Below, piece after piece: positions 48,316 through 62,680 of a stretch of 64,000 nucleotides of DNA; within the stretch, counting starts at the first letter, position 1, and each line of letters begins with the position of its first letter. The DNA is from the human T2T-CHM13v2.0 reference genome, Homo sapiens. The stretch is from the NCBI RefSeq assembly GCF_009914755.1, contig NC_060937.1. One strand, given 5' to 3'. The notes beneath the pieces were generated by a model, which was not told where the DNA came from, searched no databases, and saw only the letters and a list, made by a program, of their open reading frames with translations. Position numbers and translations under genes: made by a program.

Positions 48316-48362
48316 GAAGCTGAGTGGACTGGGGTTGTGAACTGTGAGGACCAGTGGTCTGA

Positions 48363-48880
<518 letters not shown>

Positions 48881-49139
48881 TCTCGCCACCTTTCTATGCT
48901 TCCAGTCTCTCTTTGCCATTCATTGTTGACAAGAACCTCTACTTGATTTCTCACTGCCATTACCTTCTTTGGTTCCCAGCAATATACTAATCCATGTAGA
49001 CTCCATTCAAGATGTATTGGTTTTAGGTCTGCATTTGCTCTTAATACAGGGTCTCAGGGTGAATATTGTCTAGATGAGAGGTTTACTTGTTTTTGTGTCA
49101 GTTTAACATAATGTTGAAATTTGCAAATGCCATGAATTT

Positions 49140-49465
49140 GTTGAATGAAAGAGATGTTGATCAAAGGGTAAAAAGTTTCAGTTACGCACAATGAATAAAT
49201 TGTGGATTATCTAACAAATATCATGGTGACTAGTAATACTGTATTATATAATTAAAATTTGCTAAGAGTAAATCTTAAATGTTCTCATCACACACACACA
49301 AAGGTAACTATGTGAGGTGAGGGATATGTTAATTAGCTTAATTGTGGCAATCATTTCACAATTTATATATACATATATATATACACACATCAAAACTTCA
49401 CATTGTTTACCTTAAATAGTTACAATTTTTATTTGTAAATTATACCTTAATAAAGCTAGAAAGAA
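49140..49465 (+). mobile_element. L1MA/MB 3' end
   Basis: atgttgatcaaagggtaaaaagtttcag...aggtaactatgtgaggtga...ataccttaataaagct. Confidence 0.88.
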
Positions 49466-49934
49466 AGTTATAATTTGGTCCATAGAAAATGGCAATTTGA
49501 TCAATGAATTGTTTGGTGTCAGTTTCCATTTAAATTTGAATTTTTAGTTTAGTTTTTTTCCTCTTAAGTGACATTCAAAGAGAATCGGTAAAAGTTTAGA
49601 TAGGGTACAAATGAACAATAGCATTTTATTCCTACGCCATTTGACCATAGCATTCTTTTGGTCCATTATGTTTTATCTTTTTTTTTAAAAATATGCCAAA
49701 TATAATTTTAAAAAATTAATGGAGATTTGTGGTCCGCAATAAAAACTAGAAGATATAGGAGAACTTTGTTATACAGTAATTTGTGATGTATGTGGATTTA
49801 CCTCTGACATAGGTCAAATATTATCCTCTGAAACCTAGCCACATTCAACAAAAAAGCCTCATCTAAGACAATCTTTGTTCAATCCACCAATATCAGCATT
49901 ATCTAAAGGCTCTACTTTGTGGGAGATGGGATAA

Positions 49935-50125
49935 GAGAGCAGAAAGGACATGTGTTTGAGTCAGACAGATCTGGTTTCAAATGCCAGTTCTGCCACCTCG
50001 TATTTCTATAATCTTCATAAAGTCCCTTAATGGGTTTGGGTGTTAATATTCTAAATACCTCCTTCACAAGGTCACAGTATGCTTTTGAGGAGATAATATA
50101 TGTAAAGTGCCTAGAAAATAGGAGG
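49935..50125 (+). mobile_element. MIR
   Basis: gagtcagacagatctggtttcaaatgccagttctgccac...atgtaaagtgcctag. Confidence 0.75.
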
Positions 50126-50212
50126 CCCTCCTTGACCCTATCGTACAAGATACTGTGAATGATTGATAGCTTTCTGTGTTTTCAGGGAACCAGTGTGGCA
50201 GAGTGAAAAATA

Positions 50213-50263
50213 ATAGGTTGGTGCAAACGTAATTGCTGGTTTTGCTGTTAAAATTAATAGCAA
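50213..50263. mobile_element. MADE1 (Hsmar1 MITE) fragment inside a MIR (about 50190-50500)
   Basis: ataggttggtgcaaacgtaattgctggttttgc matches the mariner ITR; the second ITR is largely lost. Confidence 0.75.
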
Positions 50264-52914
50264 GGCCTTTGAAGTTGTGTAAAATCAGGTCTCACTCTCC
50301 TTTGCCATTTTTTTGGTGGTCTGACTTTAGGCATATTACTTAACCTCTTTGGGTTTCTGTTTCCTCATGAAGACAAAAAGAAAAGCTCTTCTATCTGCAG
50401 ACACATGAGGAATTAGTGAGTTAAGATATATAAACATCTAGCACAATGCCTGGCATAGTAAATGCTCAGTTAAGAGCAGCCTCAGTTACAGTATGTTATT
50501 ACTGTGGGATTAAGATTTATTTATTAAGATTTTTTTCAAAGTTCTTTTTATTTCCCTTTATGTTCAAATAATCAAAACCTCCCGGACTACAATTAACAAT
50601 GCGAAGGCTCAGATTAATTTCTGAGATGAGTACTGGGTATTTCATTTCATTCCTGCCCCTGTTTATGAAGGAGCAGAAAAGCAAATCTCACAGTTCCACA
50701 TGCTGCAGAGCAGAAAGATGGTCATCAGCTCCATGGAGGTGATTTTTCATGGCTCCAACAACCTAATCTTCATGATTGATGATTGCTGCTTTAAGACGTT
50801 TAATAGTTCCTTCCAAAAGAATTTGTATTTCAGATTATTGATTTCAAGTGAATTCCTCTGCTTTTCAATGCAACAGAATATATGATCAGTGAGGTACAGA
50901 GCAGAATCTATTTGATTAAAATTTCTTTAGCTGAATTTTCTTGTTGCTAGTAGCAACCAACCAAAGAATAGACCTAAAAGGACAGGCAAGAGCTACAATG
51001 ATTGCAGTCCATGTTTTTATCTTTCCCTAGTTGTGATTTTAAAATAGCCTCTCTAGTGTTTGTAGTCATAAAAATGATTGCTGTATATGACACTTTAGAC
51101 ATATTGACAAACCATCCACCTAAATAACCCTATCTCATTAATGAACTTCTTCACAGGGCTTGGACAGTCAACCTCAGGTCACATAAACCATTGCTACACT
51201 AAAGACTATAAGGAAGATGATACTGTTTATATCACACAAATTATTTCCCAAATTAAATTTGCTATTAACTGGTATGTCTTGGATCAGCATAATATTATGT
51301 GTAGCAACAGCATTTACAGTTTGCATTAAAAAGAACTAGTTAGCATCACTTGTTTAAAAAAACTCCATGTTATCTGTTAAATAATTTGGTGGTTATTTAA
51401 CAGATTACATGCAGTTTAGAGATATACTGGTATAGAGATATATGGAAATCACTAAAGGAGACTAAAAATATACTCTTGGCAGAGCTGTTCATAATACAGT
51501 GAAATTCTACTAGAGTGTTTTCCAAGGGCAAAAGAAGAACATCTCTGCAAGCAGGGAAATATTAACTTTACAGGAGCATAAAACACCTTTGGGATGTTTG
51601 TTGTGTCTTCCAAAATGGAGCTGGATTTGCAGAAAAAAAACCCCTCCGGATCAGCACATTGCATGATACAGTTTCATCCTTCCTCTGACACCTTGCTCAT
51701 TTGCAAGTCAATAGAGAGAACCTCCTAGTACATGATTGATCTCTACATGCTATGATGCTGTTTGTCTGACTCCTGGGAATATTATGTTAGCGTGGACAGG
51801 ATTTCCAGAGGGGTGGCCATTATCAAACTTACAATAAGACTCCTGCTGGTTGAGAAGGCTTTTTGGTGAGAATCATAGGTGCTCAATTGTATTTCTTGAG
51901 GCTAAGAAAAGGTCTCCATTCACTCAATGTTAAAAGACGGGATTCCTTAGGAGGAACACTTCAGGCTGCTAACAATTATGGCACAATTGCCTATCAGAAT
52001 GTTTTCTAGTCAGCTGGGGATTAATGGAGCTTGTACTTCCAATGAGAGGAGACCCTTAGCAGCAAGATTTGACACAGGAAGCATGATGCAGGGACAGCCT
52101 CTGAGCTGGGAAAGGGACCAGGGCAAGGGAGGAAGCAAAGAGATCCTGGGAGGATCAAAAATATTTTGTCCACTACATATATTTTCCTGAGGCTGACACT
52201 CAAGAATTTTTCTAATTAAAAAAAAAGGGGGGATCTTAAATTTGGTCTAGCCAAAGCCACTAGGCACTGAAAGGAACAGTTCCCCTTTTGCCTTCCTTCT
52301 AAATGGTACAGGGTTGCAACACTCTGCTTGGCTCTGTGCTTACATTTGCCACAGGCGGGGAAGATCAGAACTCCCCAGCGATGTGTACTGGCCAGTGAGT
52401 GCTGCCAGGGCAAAGTTGATAAACTAAAGAAATGATGACTAAACAAACTATTAACCAAGTCCTAATCTCTGCTTGCCTCCTCCATCATTAGAACCAGAAG
52501 AAGATTAGAGCCCTGTGTGTCTCTAGGGCTCACACTGGGTATGCTATTTATTAAACCAGGAAACAGTTTGTTTCTGGGAAGAAAAATTTGGCTCAGGCTC
52601 TGATCATCAGGCATTCATTCATTTATTGAGCATGTACATTATCCAGCACTGCTCACTGTACCCTGTGAATGTCACAAGATCCCTGGCCTATTGGGAGCCT
52701 AAGAGGATATGTCCTCTAGCTCAGTTATTCCCAGCCATGATGTTTAATAAAATTCAATCCCACTTCTTTCATGAAATTGAAGTCCTTCCCATTTTCTCTT
52801 TGCACTTGGGACACCCACTGTCACTGTATTACCTGGATTTTCTCAAATTGTCTCAGCTAATTGGGAGTGATGGAAGCTCTGGATCCAGAGGCAGGGGATT
52901 CCCTTAGAAGATAA

Positions 52915-53248
<334 letters not shown>

Positions 53249-55190
53249 GATTTATTCATTTTTAATTGAGTCTGAAAAATGTCATTGAAAATAGTTTCAT
53301 TGATATGGGTGAGAAATAAGAAAATCCTGGCTTCAAATAATTCAGTTTTGAGAATGTACAAACTTGACACAATGAAATGGTAATTTATGAAATTAAAGCT
53401 GCACCTCTCTGGAATAGTGATGTTCAAAGATGCTTAATGATTGGAGGGTACTTGAGGGCTGAGGAATTTTTGATGCTTCGTGACCGCAGGAACAATATTT
53501 TTCTTATTACTCCGTCACCTGGCACAAAATCAGCACTCAATATACATTTGCTGAAAGAATGAATGATTCATTTTTTATTTTGTAGTACTTTAGAGCCTAC
53601 TTCTCTAGAGCCTATATTTATTTATGCATTGAATACTTATTAAATGCCTACTTTATGCTAGGTATTCTCCTGGGTCATGAGTATAGAAAAAAATGAATAA
53701 AATTTGATACATGCCCCCAAAGAAATTTCAGTCTGCTATTCGCAATGCTTTGATCTATAGATTGAGGCTATTTGTCTGCAGACTTTTTTCAGCTCATTCC
53801 TGGTAGAATTGAAAACAACTTTTTTCTTTATTTTTAAAAATTTGAATAACTAGTCTTCATAACATTTCTCCTCACAATAGTCCATTTCTACAAAATCTTT
53901 ACAAGCCTTGAATTTTGAGAAACACCAATGTTTGTGTGAACTTGCTGAATTAGATTCACCCACAGCTGCCTTCCTTCCCTCCCCCACTTCTTCTTTCCTT
54001 TTACATTGACTATCCTCTAAATATGAATTGTGTGGCAATCCTTCCAATGTGATTATCATGACGTTATCGAGTATTGGGCGAGGGGTAGGGGCTATTATTC
54101 TGTTTATCATAGACCTACCTGAGCTCTTAAAAAATAAGTTCTTTATTTCTTTCCAGTTGAAATGGATTCTGACTCTCCAAATCTTGGCCCAAATACTGAG
54201 CTGATCTTTCCTGCCCTAATTCCAGTAGAATGGCACCTGACACAATACTTTTGTGGAAGAGTACATCACATGGTATATCAGAATGAATTCTTTATGTGTG
54301 TATTTGGGCAGGTCATATACATTTTAGTGAACTAAACATGAACTTGGTTTTGCAAAATGTCACCTTATATTTTGGCACTTTTACTAGTAGTGTCACACTG
54401 GCTGATTTTAGTAATGGTGTATGAATGTTATATAGTACACTAATATTTTCTAACTTTTTTCCTTATCTTTTGTACTTTTAACTTTTTCCAGAGAAACTAG
54501 AGGAAAGCTTTACAACATTCTATCTGGAATAGAAGGTGTGGGTTGCAATCATTGAGGTGATGTAATTACCACTATTCTTTTGAAGTGAATTTTAGACCAG
54601 GATAGTTTATAAGATACAGCAAATCATCAATAAACATTTAGTATGCCAGTCACTGTGAGTCTATAGGAATAAAATGTGCTCCTGCCCTTGAGGAATCCAC
54701 AGTTTACTTAGAGAAAAAGGCATACACAGAAGAGATAATTAGCAGCCGGTGAGAGCAAGCATCATGCGAGAAAATTAAATAATGGGGATTCAAATCTTAT
54801 TGGTAGATGACATTCAGACTTTAAACATTCAAGCAAAGATATTTCTTTGAAAACTGGAGGTGAATGTCACTTGCTTAAGTTCATATTTGGAACAAAGGAA
54901 ATTCACAATTATAATACATGTTGAAATGAAATTTGTAATGTGGAAAATCTTTAAATTTACTTACGTATTTCTTCATGAGGTCATATTTAGAGATTTAGTG
55001 GCATTGGTGAATAGGAAATAATGTACAGAACATTTAAATGGCTATTTCAGAGATTAGAAAAGAAGTAAAAGCAATTAAAATATGTTTTCAGTGTTGGGAC
55101 TTTTGTTCATATAAGACCATTGAGTGAACATGCCTAGTGAGTGTGAGGACATAGGTTTGTGGGGAAAGAAAGAACAGAATAGTTCTTGCT

Positions 55191-55479
55191 CTTTTGTTTT
55201 GTTTTTAGAGATAGGGTCTTGCTCTGTCGCCCAGGCTGCAGTGCAGTGGTGCAGCCACAGCTCACTGCCAGCCTTGACCTCCTGGGCTCAAGTGATCCTC
55301 TTGCCTCAGCCTTTTGAGTAGCCAGGACTACAAGTGTGCACCACCATGCTTGGTTAATTAAATTTTTTTTTTTTTTTTTTTGTAGAAACAGGGTCTCACT
55401 ATGCTGTGGTCAACGATAATTGCACTATTGCACTCCAGCCTGAGTGACAAAGCAAGACTTTGTCTCAAAAGAAAAAAAA
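55191..55479. mobile_element. Chimeric inverted Alu: minus-strand AluJ (55191-55405) fused to a plus-strand Alu 3' end (55406-55479)
   Basis: ...gggtctcactatgctg|tggtcaacgataattgcactattgcactccagcctgagtgacaaagcaagactttgtctcaaaa. Confidence 0.9.
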
Positions 55480-55731
55480 GCTCTCCATGTGGATGTGGCC
55501 AAAGTTAAGTTGGGGCCATATTCAATGTGTTACAATTACTGGAGACAAAGCAGGAATGGAGATATTTAAGAACTATTACCTTAGGTCATGAGATTTGCAT
55601 TCATTACCACCTTCACCTAAACCACATTTTATTCCACTTGGAAGCAAGGTTGGTGGTTTCCGGCAGGCAATAAAATTCAATGACAGAAATTCCAATCTAA
55701 TAAGTGACGGCTACCCAGCCTTTAAAATTGT

Positions 55732-55818
55732 ACAAAGTCTTGCTTTGTCACTCAGGCTGGAGTGCAGTAGTGCAATTATCACTCACCACAGCATAGTGAG
55801 ACCCTGTTTCTACAAAAA
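55732..55818 (-). repeat. 87-bp inverted copy of 55377-55463
   Basis: Reverse complement matches at 82 of 87 positions. Flanked by aaaattgtac / aaaatcgtac. Confidence 0.95.
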
Positions 55819-57132
55819 TCGTACCTATATAACACCAAAATAACTTGCCTTAGATCTGTTTTGCTTAGGATTTATTATTCTGGCTTTAAAGTCTTTGTAG
55901 TCAAACTCATGCTGCAAATTAGCCAACAGTAAGTGCTGAAAAGAATCTAAAACAAAACTTAGATCAACCTTTTTATTTTAGAAATGAAAACTATAGAGAT
56001 GAACTAGAGAGACAATGGAATACTGTCCTTTGGCTGAGTCCTGCTGAAACCTGGTGGTGACACACAGAAGCAGGTAATGATGAATCTGCATAACTAGGTC
56101 TTTGATTTGCTTAGGACATAAATGTCTGAATGACATGAACCCAGTAATATCAAATACTATTCCTTATGAAGAAAGATTAACTAAGTCTTTTGAAATTTGG
56201 GTAATAGACTAGTGCTTGCACAAGCTGAGTCAAAGATTCCAAAAGTTTTACCCTTAAACACATTTTGGGGAGTTGCTGTCCTTTCAAGCAAGAAACAATT
56301 TTTACCTTTAAAAATAGCTTCAATTGTTTATTAAGCTTATTTTTCTCATATCAGAAACTTATTTTCAAGGCAAGGACCTGCATTTAACATTGCACATGCC
56401 TTCAAAAAATTGAACGCATCGAAGGACACTAAAGCTGGGTGCATATAATTGACATGAAGAAAGCAGTTGAGGCCTCACAAAATTCCTGCTTATGAACAAG
56501 TAGTTTTGGCTTAAATTTTCCAAATTAGTTGTCCTATTTACCAGGTTATTGTTCAATTTCCTACTTGCATTGCCTGGATCCACTCTCAGTATGGCAGAAC
56601 TATAGTGACTGAAAATTTGGTCAGTGATCTGTTGTGGCCAGTCTATAAATTTGGTGAATGGCAAGAACCTGGGAGTGTTAGTACCTATACTATGCAAAGT
56701 GAGCTTTATGTTTTGCAGTGGCTGAGCCCTATAAACTCTGGTCATAACACATTAATTCCTTGTTAACATAGAGCCACTTTTTGACATCAAAGTTTCCTCA
56801 ATAGTGATTATATAGTCATAGGTTCTTAATTCACTTGGAGCTTTGATGTGTATGGTATCAAAAACTTAGTGTATAATATGGTCTATCATTAAATAAAAAT
56901 TGGCATGGTAGAAAGCACAAATGGATGATAATTTAGACCTATGTTTGAAGTGTAACAAAGCATTAGTTTAAGAATTTTATAGAAATGTTATGTTTTTGCT
57001 CTTTAAAAAGAACCTGGGCAACTTATCTGCTTCAGCAACTTTTGGTTTTATGAATACCTTCCTTTACCCAACTCTCCCTTTCCATCCTTTCAGCACTTAC
57101 TTACTCAAGTGAACTTGTGGATCTGTTTGTCA

Positions 57133-57432
<300 letters not shown>

Positions 57433-58083
57433 TAATGTGTTTCTACATCAACAGTTGTTATATTGGAGCTTGAGTTTTACAAGATATTTAATTTTTCCTT
57501 AAATTCTTTTGATAAAACAAGGATAATAATATTCACTGTGCATATTTATTTTACTGATGTACATAAATGTATGTAAAGTTTCTGCTGCTTAATAAGTGCT
57601 CAGGAAACTAATTAGGATGTGTGTTCATCCAGAGATATAATGGTGGTTTCTCTTTCTTTCTCTTTAGGGTGAATATTCAAGAAATACTGTTAAATCACAA
57701 ACTACTCAGATGCAAACACAAGAGTGCATGCTGGAACTGGCTTATGAAACACAAGCCAGCTGGCTGCCCTAGAAAAAGTCTGAGGAAAAAGCCTTCTTCA
57801 TCTAATTCATAAATGGGAAATTGAATTTCCAGGCTTAGCTGGCTTATTTTTATCTTCTTTTGTTTGTTTGAACTATGTATTGCTGAATAACTGTGACAAC
57901 ATTGAAAAGAGGGTTCATGAGTAAAGCAAGAGTTGATCTTTCACAAATCAGTGCTATAATCATTTCTATGGGAGAGGCTACAGATGATTCCATGCAGGGA
58001 GCACTCTGTATGAATGATGTGGCCTCAGGCTAGAACACTTGAAAAGCAGCAAAGGAAAACTTTCTGCCCAACTTATTAGAGGG

Positions 58084-58171
58084 GTGTGTGTGTGTGTGTG
58101 TGTGTGTATCTCACATGAATATATTATACATATGTATATATAACATATATATATATATATACACACACACC
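58084..58171. repeat. (GT)n-(TA)n-(CA)n compound, quasi-palindromic microsatellite
   Basis: (gt)12 ... tatacatatgtata ... (ta)n(ca)5. Confidence 0.9.
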
Positions 58172-58193
58172 ACTGGTGTTTATTTTCACATGC

Positions 58194-58531
58194 TTTTTTA
58201 TTTTTATTTTATTTTATTTTTAAAATAGAGACAGTGTCTTTCTCCGTCACCCAGGCTGGAATGCAGTGATGTAATCATGGCTCACTGAAGCCTCGAACTT
58301 GAACTCCTGGGCTCAAACGATCCTCCTGCCTTAGCCTCTTGAGTAGCTAGGACTATACCCACATCCTACTAGGTCCAACTAATTTTAATTATTTTTTGTG
58401 TGTGGAGATGGTGGGGGCGGGGTGTCTCTCTATGTTTCCCAGGCTGGTCTTGAACTCCTGGCCTCCAGCAATCCTTCTGCCTTGAGCTCCCAAAGTGCTG
58501 GGATCATAGGCATGAGCCACCGTACCCAGCC
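58194..58531 (-). mobile_element. AluJ element
   Basis: gagacagtgtc...cctgggctcaaacgatcctcc...gagccaccgtacccagcc. Confidence 0.92.
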
Positions 58532-60099
58532 TAGTTTCACACTTTTATACACTCTCCCAAGTATCACAGGGCTGGAAGCACTTTGATTTTGGTGTATTGG
58601 GTATAATTTATGTTCTGTCAATGAAATGCAATCATGCAATATTCCAAAGGCAGAATAGAGGCTCAGAGAACCCATATGTTAAAAAAAATTATTCCTTTGA
58701 CAGATAAATAACACTTTTTCTAATTTATTGATTTTGTAAATTTGGAATTGTGAAGAATCTCCCCTCCCCCAAGAAAAACCTGTTTGTTCAGCATTCCTTG
58801 CAATGATTGAATCCTTTACCAGACAAACAAGATGAATGAATTATCTTTTCTTCTTTTCCTTTGGCTTACTTTTTCTGTGACATTGTTTGAGAGACTGAGC
58901 ACAGTATTTTGAAACAGATGACAGGGTTGTCACCTTTGAGTGGCACAAATTTAGTAGCAACAGTAGGGCGTTTTATGACAATTTCTTTACAGTATGAAAT
59001 CCAAAAGTTATTCTCTGTGCCTTCATGAGGAAATGACATTGAGTGGCAATATTTAAGATGGTGATTGGGAGGAAAGGCGAGTGTGAGAAGGGCAGCCTAA
59101 TTTTCATGAAATGAAACAGCCCTAGACTTGCAAAATGATAATCGTATTACTGAACAATGTGATGATTCTCTCACATGAATTGTTCACTTCCAGGAGGCAT
59201 TCAATCAGGCAAGCTATCAAGAAGATCTGGCCTTTGATAAACACATCCACTTTAATAGCAGTTCCCGAGATGAAATGTTTGGATTTATGGCACCCAATCA
59301 CTGCAGCTTGAAAATATGAAATAACTTGCTAGTGAACTGCCATGAAAACCATTACATTATGCTAGGGTCTTCCTTTTAGTAAGATATGGGATGTTATTAA
59401 TTGATTAATCTCCCTCCCTATTCTTAAAAATGATTTAAGGAGGGTGGCCATTTGCTACGATGGAAAAGTACGGCTTCCTGGTCTGATATAAAATGAGAAA
59501 TTGCCCAAGATGAGCTCTAAGATGTCTTCTACATAACATCTTCTATGATACAATTTTTGGGATTCTGTCCTTCAAAACTTCATTACAAGGGGTCATATTA
59601 AGATGAACTCTTAATAATAAGCCTCCTTATGTGGGGCTCACAGAGACCTAGATTCGTCCTAGAATCCACTGGGATTTGAACTGTCATGATTCTGAAGCTT
59701 ACATGGATCCACAGAGTTGATGTCAACTTAATTCCTTGGAAAATTAGGAGACAAAGATTTGTTCTCTGTTCTTATTCCTAACTTGGTGAGTTCCACTAAT
59801 GGTTGCTACCTTTCAGAGGCACAGACTTTGTAATAACAGGGGATGGCGCATTACAATTTCTATGTTACACAAATTCTAAAATTAAGTTTAGTGATTGGGA
59901 GGGAAGGTGATTGAGAAAAGTATACTTTTCAACTAATGAAACAACATTTAACTTCTGAGAAGGTACTTGTTGTATTACTTAGCAATGTGGAGTTTCATCC
60001 CAGGCTGAATAGATTTCAAGGCAAACGGTGTCAGTTATAATAATGCTGAGAATTTTTTCTGGCCAATGTTATATAAGAAAAGGTTTTATTAAAGAAAGT

Positions 60100-60595
60100 T
60101 TAAGCAGCATGATTCATAACAGCCAAAAAGCGGAAGCAACCCAAGTGTCCACAGCCAGATCAATGAATAAACAAAATGTGTTATATCCATAAGATGAAAT
60201 ATTTTTCAGCCTTAAAAGGAAGGAAATTCTGACACATGTTGAAATGCTACAACATGAATGAAACTTGAAGGCATGCAATGTGAAACCAGACACAAAAGGA
60301 CAAATACTATATAATTTCATTGATTTGAGGTACCTAGAATAGTGAAATTCATAGAGATAGAAAGTAGAATGGAGGTGGCCATGGGTTTGGGGAGTGGGGA
60401 ATGGGGAGTTATTGTTTAAAGGCTACAGAGTTGCAGTTTGGAAAGATGAAAAAGTTCTTCCCAAAGTTTTGGGATGGTGGATAGTGGTGATGAATGTACT
60501 AAAAGCCACAAAACCACACACTTACAAATGGTTAAAATGGCAAATTATATATGTTACACATATTTCACCACAAGTATAATACTAAATTTAAAAAG
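60100..60595 (+). mobile_element. L1MB-type 3' end
   Basis: cataacagccaaaaagcggaagcaacccaagtgtcc...tgaggtacctagaatagtgaaattcatagag...aatggttaaaatgg. Confidence 0.9.
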
Positions 60596-61455
60596 AACAG
60601 AAAGAGTTTAAAATGACTTCAACTACATCTTCATATTTATTCCTTTTCCTAATTTAAGAGGGAAATAATTTCAGTTCCCCAGAGTTCTGTGTTTCTGGTA
60701 TTTTAATGTGGAATAAAATGTTACCAACTCATTTTTGCTTCTATTAAGATCTCGCTCTTGGTAGGCCACTGGCTTTGAGAAACATCTTGTGTCTTTGAAT
60801 TCAGATAAAATAGAGTTACAGCTAATTACATCTTGGATTTGTTTTACAATTACAAATATAGAAGGTAGATGAAGAAAAATTATGTTCCAATCTTTGAAAA
60901 CTGCCATTTGGAAGATTGTCTACATGATGGTTTACATTAAAGGTGCAATATTAGCATGGCTTTTTATTACTAAATATATTTTAAAATATACATTTGGGCA
61001 TTAACTTTAAGATACTTATAAAATATTTTCTTATTTGCTAAAGCGAATCCCTTTGATTTATAATATACTTCTTGTCCATTTATAAATATTTAATGAAACC
61101 TTACTCTTTTTTTTGCTTTTTATGGTGCATAAAATAGATTGATAGTGTCTCAAAAGTTTTTTTATTTTTCCATTTTCTGTTATAAAAATAATCATGAATA
61201 CCTTTATGTGTCAAAATTTCAAGCCAATACTACTGAAGTGAGAATAATTTTTCTACTTTTTAAAAGAAAAGTCACAATCGTCTGTCAAGTGTTTTAAAAT
61301 TCAGATTCTCATTCAAAAATTTGCATGAGATTTATTTTAAAACAGTTTTTTTTCTTCCCAAGATGATAGTAAAAGATAGGAGAGAAAAGAAAGAAAAGAT
61401 GGTAAAAGATGATGGTAAAAGACACGGCTTGACGCACCTACACATACGTTGATAG

Positions 61456-61823
<368 letters not shown>

Positions 61824-62434
61824 TTGATCCCCTTTTTATGATTAATCTGTTATTACGTGAGTTTTGAGATAAATTTTCATAAATGCTTAATTTTTCATAC
61901 ATAAAATGATTAAAATAATTCTTACAAAGAATAGTAAGTAAGTAATTTTTAATAAGTATTTTTAACATTGTGTTGAGGTTAAAGAAGAAGGCATATACAA
62001 CATAAGCACACACTCATATGGAAGTTTCAGGAAAGTAATAAGCAGAGAAGTCCTGTAAGTCATGAGTTGGGGCAGGGGCAGGGATTGGAAAGGCTGAACT
62101 TTTATTGTTAAATATACCTTGGGCAGTAGTGACCTTGGCTTTGGGCAAGATTCCTTAATTTTATTTTATTCCCAAATCTGTTGCAAAATGGAGAGTTCGC
62201 AGGAGGTGGTTATTTTGGTGAGAATGAATTTCATGGTGGAACGGTCATGTGACTGGAGTCCATCAAGGGTGAGTTGTTTCCTTGTGAGTGGTTTGACTTC
62301 CCTTTGGGTCAGCCTGAGTGAATGTCAGGTGCTTTTTCACATGGTGAAAGTGAGCTCTTCTGTAGCCACCTCTGAAGAAAGCTGGCCACTATGGAGCAGG
62401 GGGCGGAGGGGTAAAGAGCTCCTCAATTCTTTGC

Positions 62435-62680
62435 GGGCAATTCCCAAATCCAAACTCCTCTGAAAACTCAAAGACTTTGTTTTTTTAACTTCATTGGCGA
62501 TAGTATTGGACCCAACCTGATGTGGGACTATTTGTAGATTTAACTGAAAATGTTAATATTAGTGTTTGATTATAGGTACTACCCAGGCCCTGTATGACAT
62601 CCCATGTGATTTTCCACCATATTATTCTAAAAGTCAGAATGCTCCTGAATTCCCAAACACCTTCGATCAGGAAAGATCTC
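62435..62680. mobile_element. Ancient DNA-transposon-like fragment, family uncertain
   Basis: caaatccaaactcctctgaaaac...tataggtactacccaggccc...ctaaaagtcagaatgctcctgaattc resembles old TcMar-type elements. Confidence 0.4.

Noticed and set aside
60975-60990. 16-bp palindrome tatattttaaaatata
   Set aside because: Pure A/T in very AT-rich DNA; likely chance.
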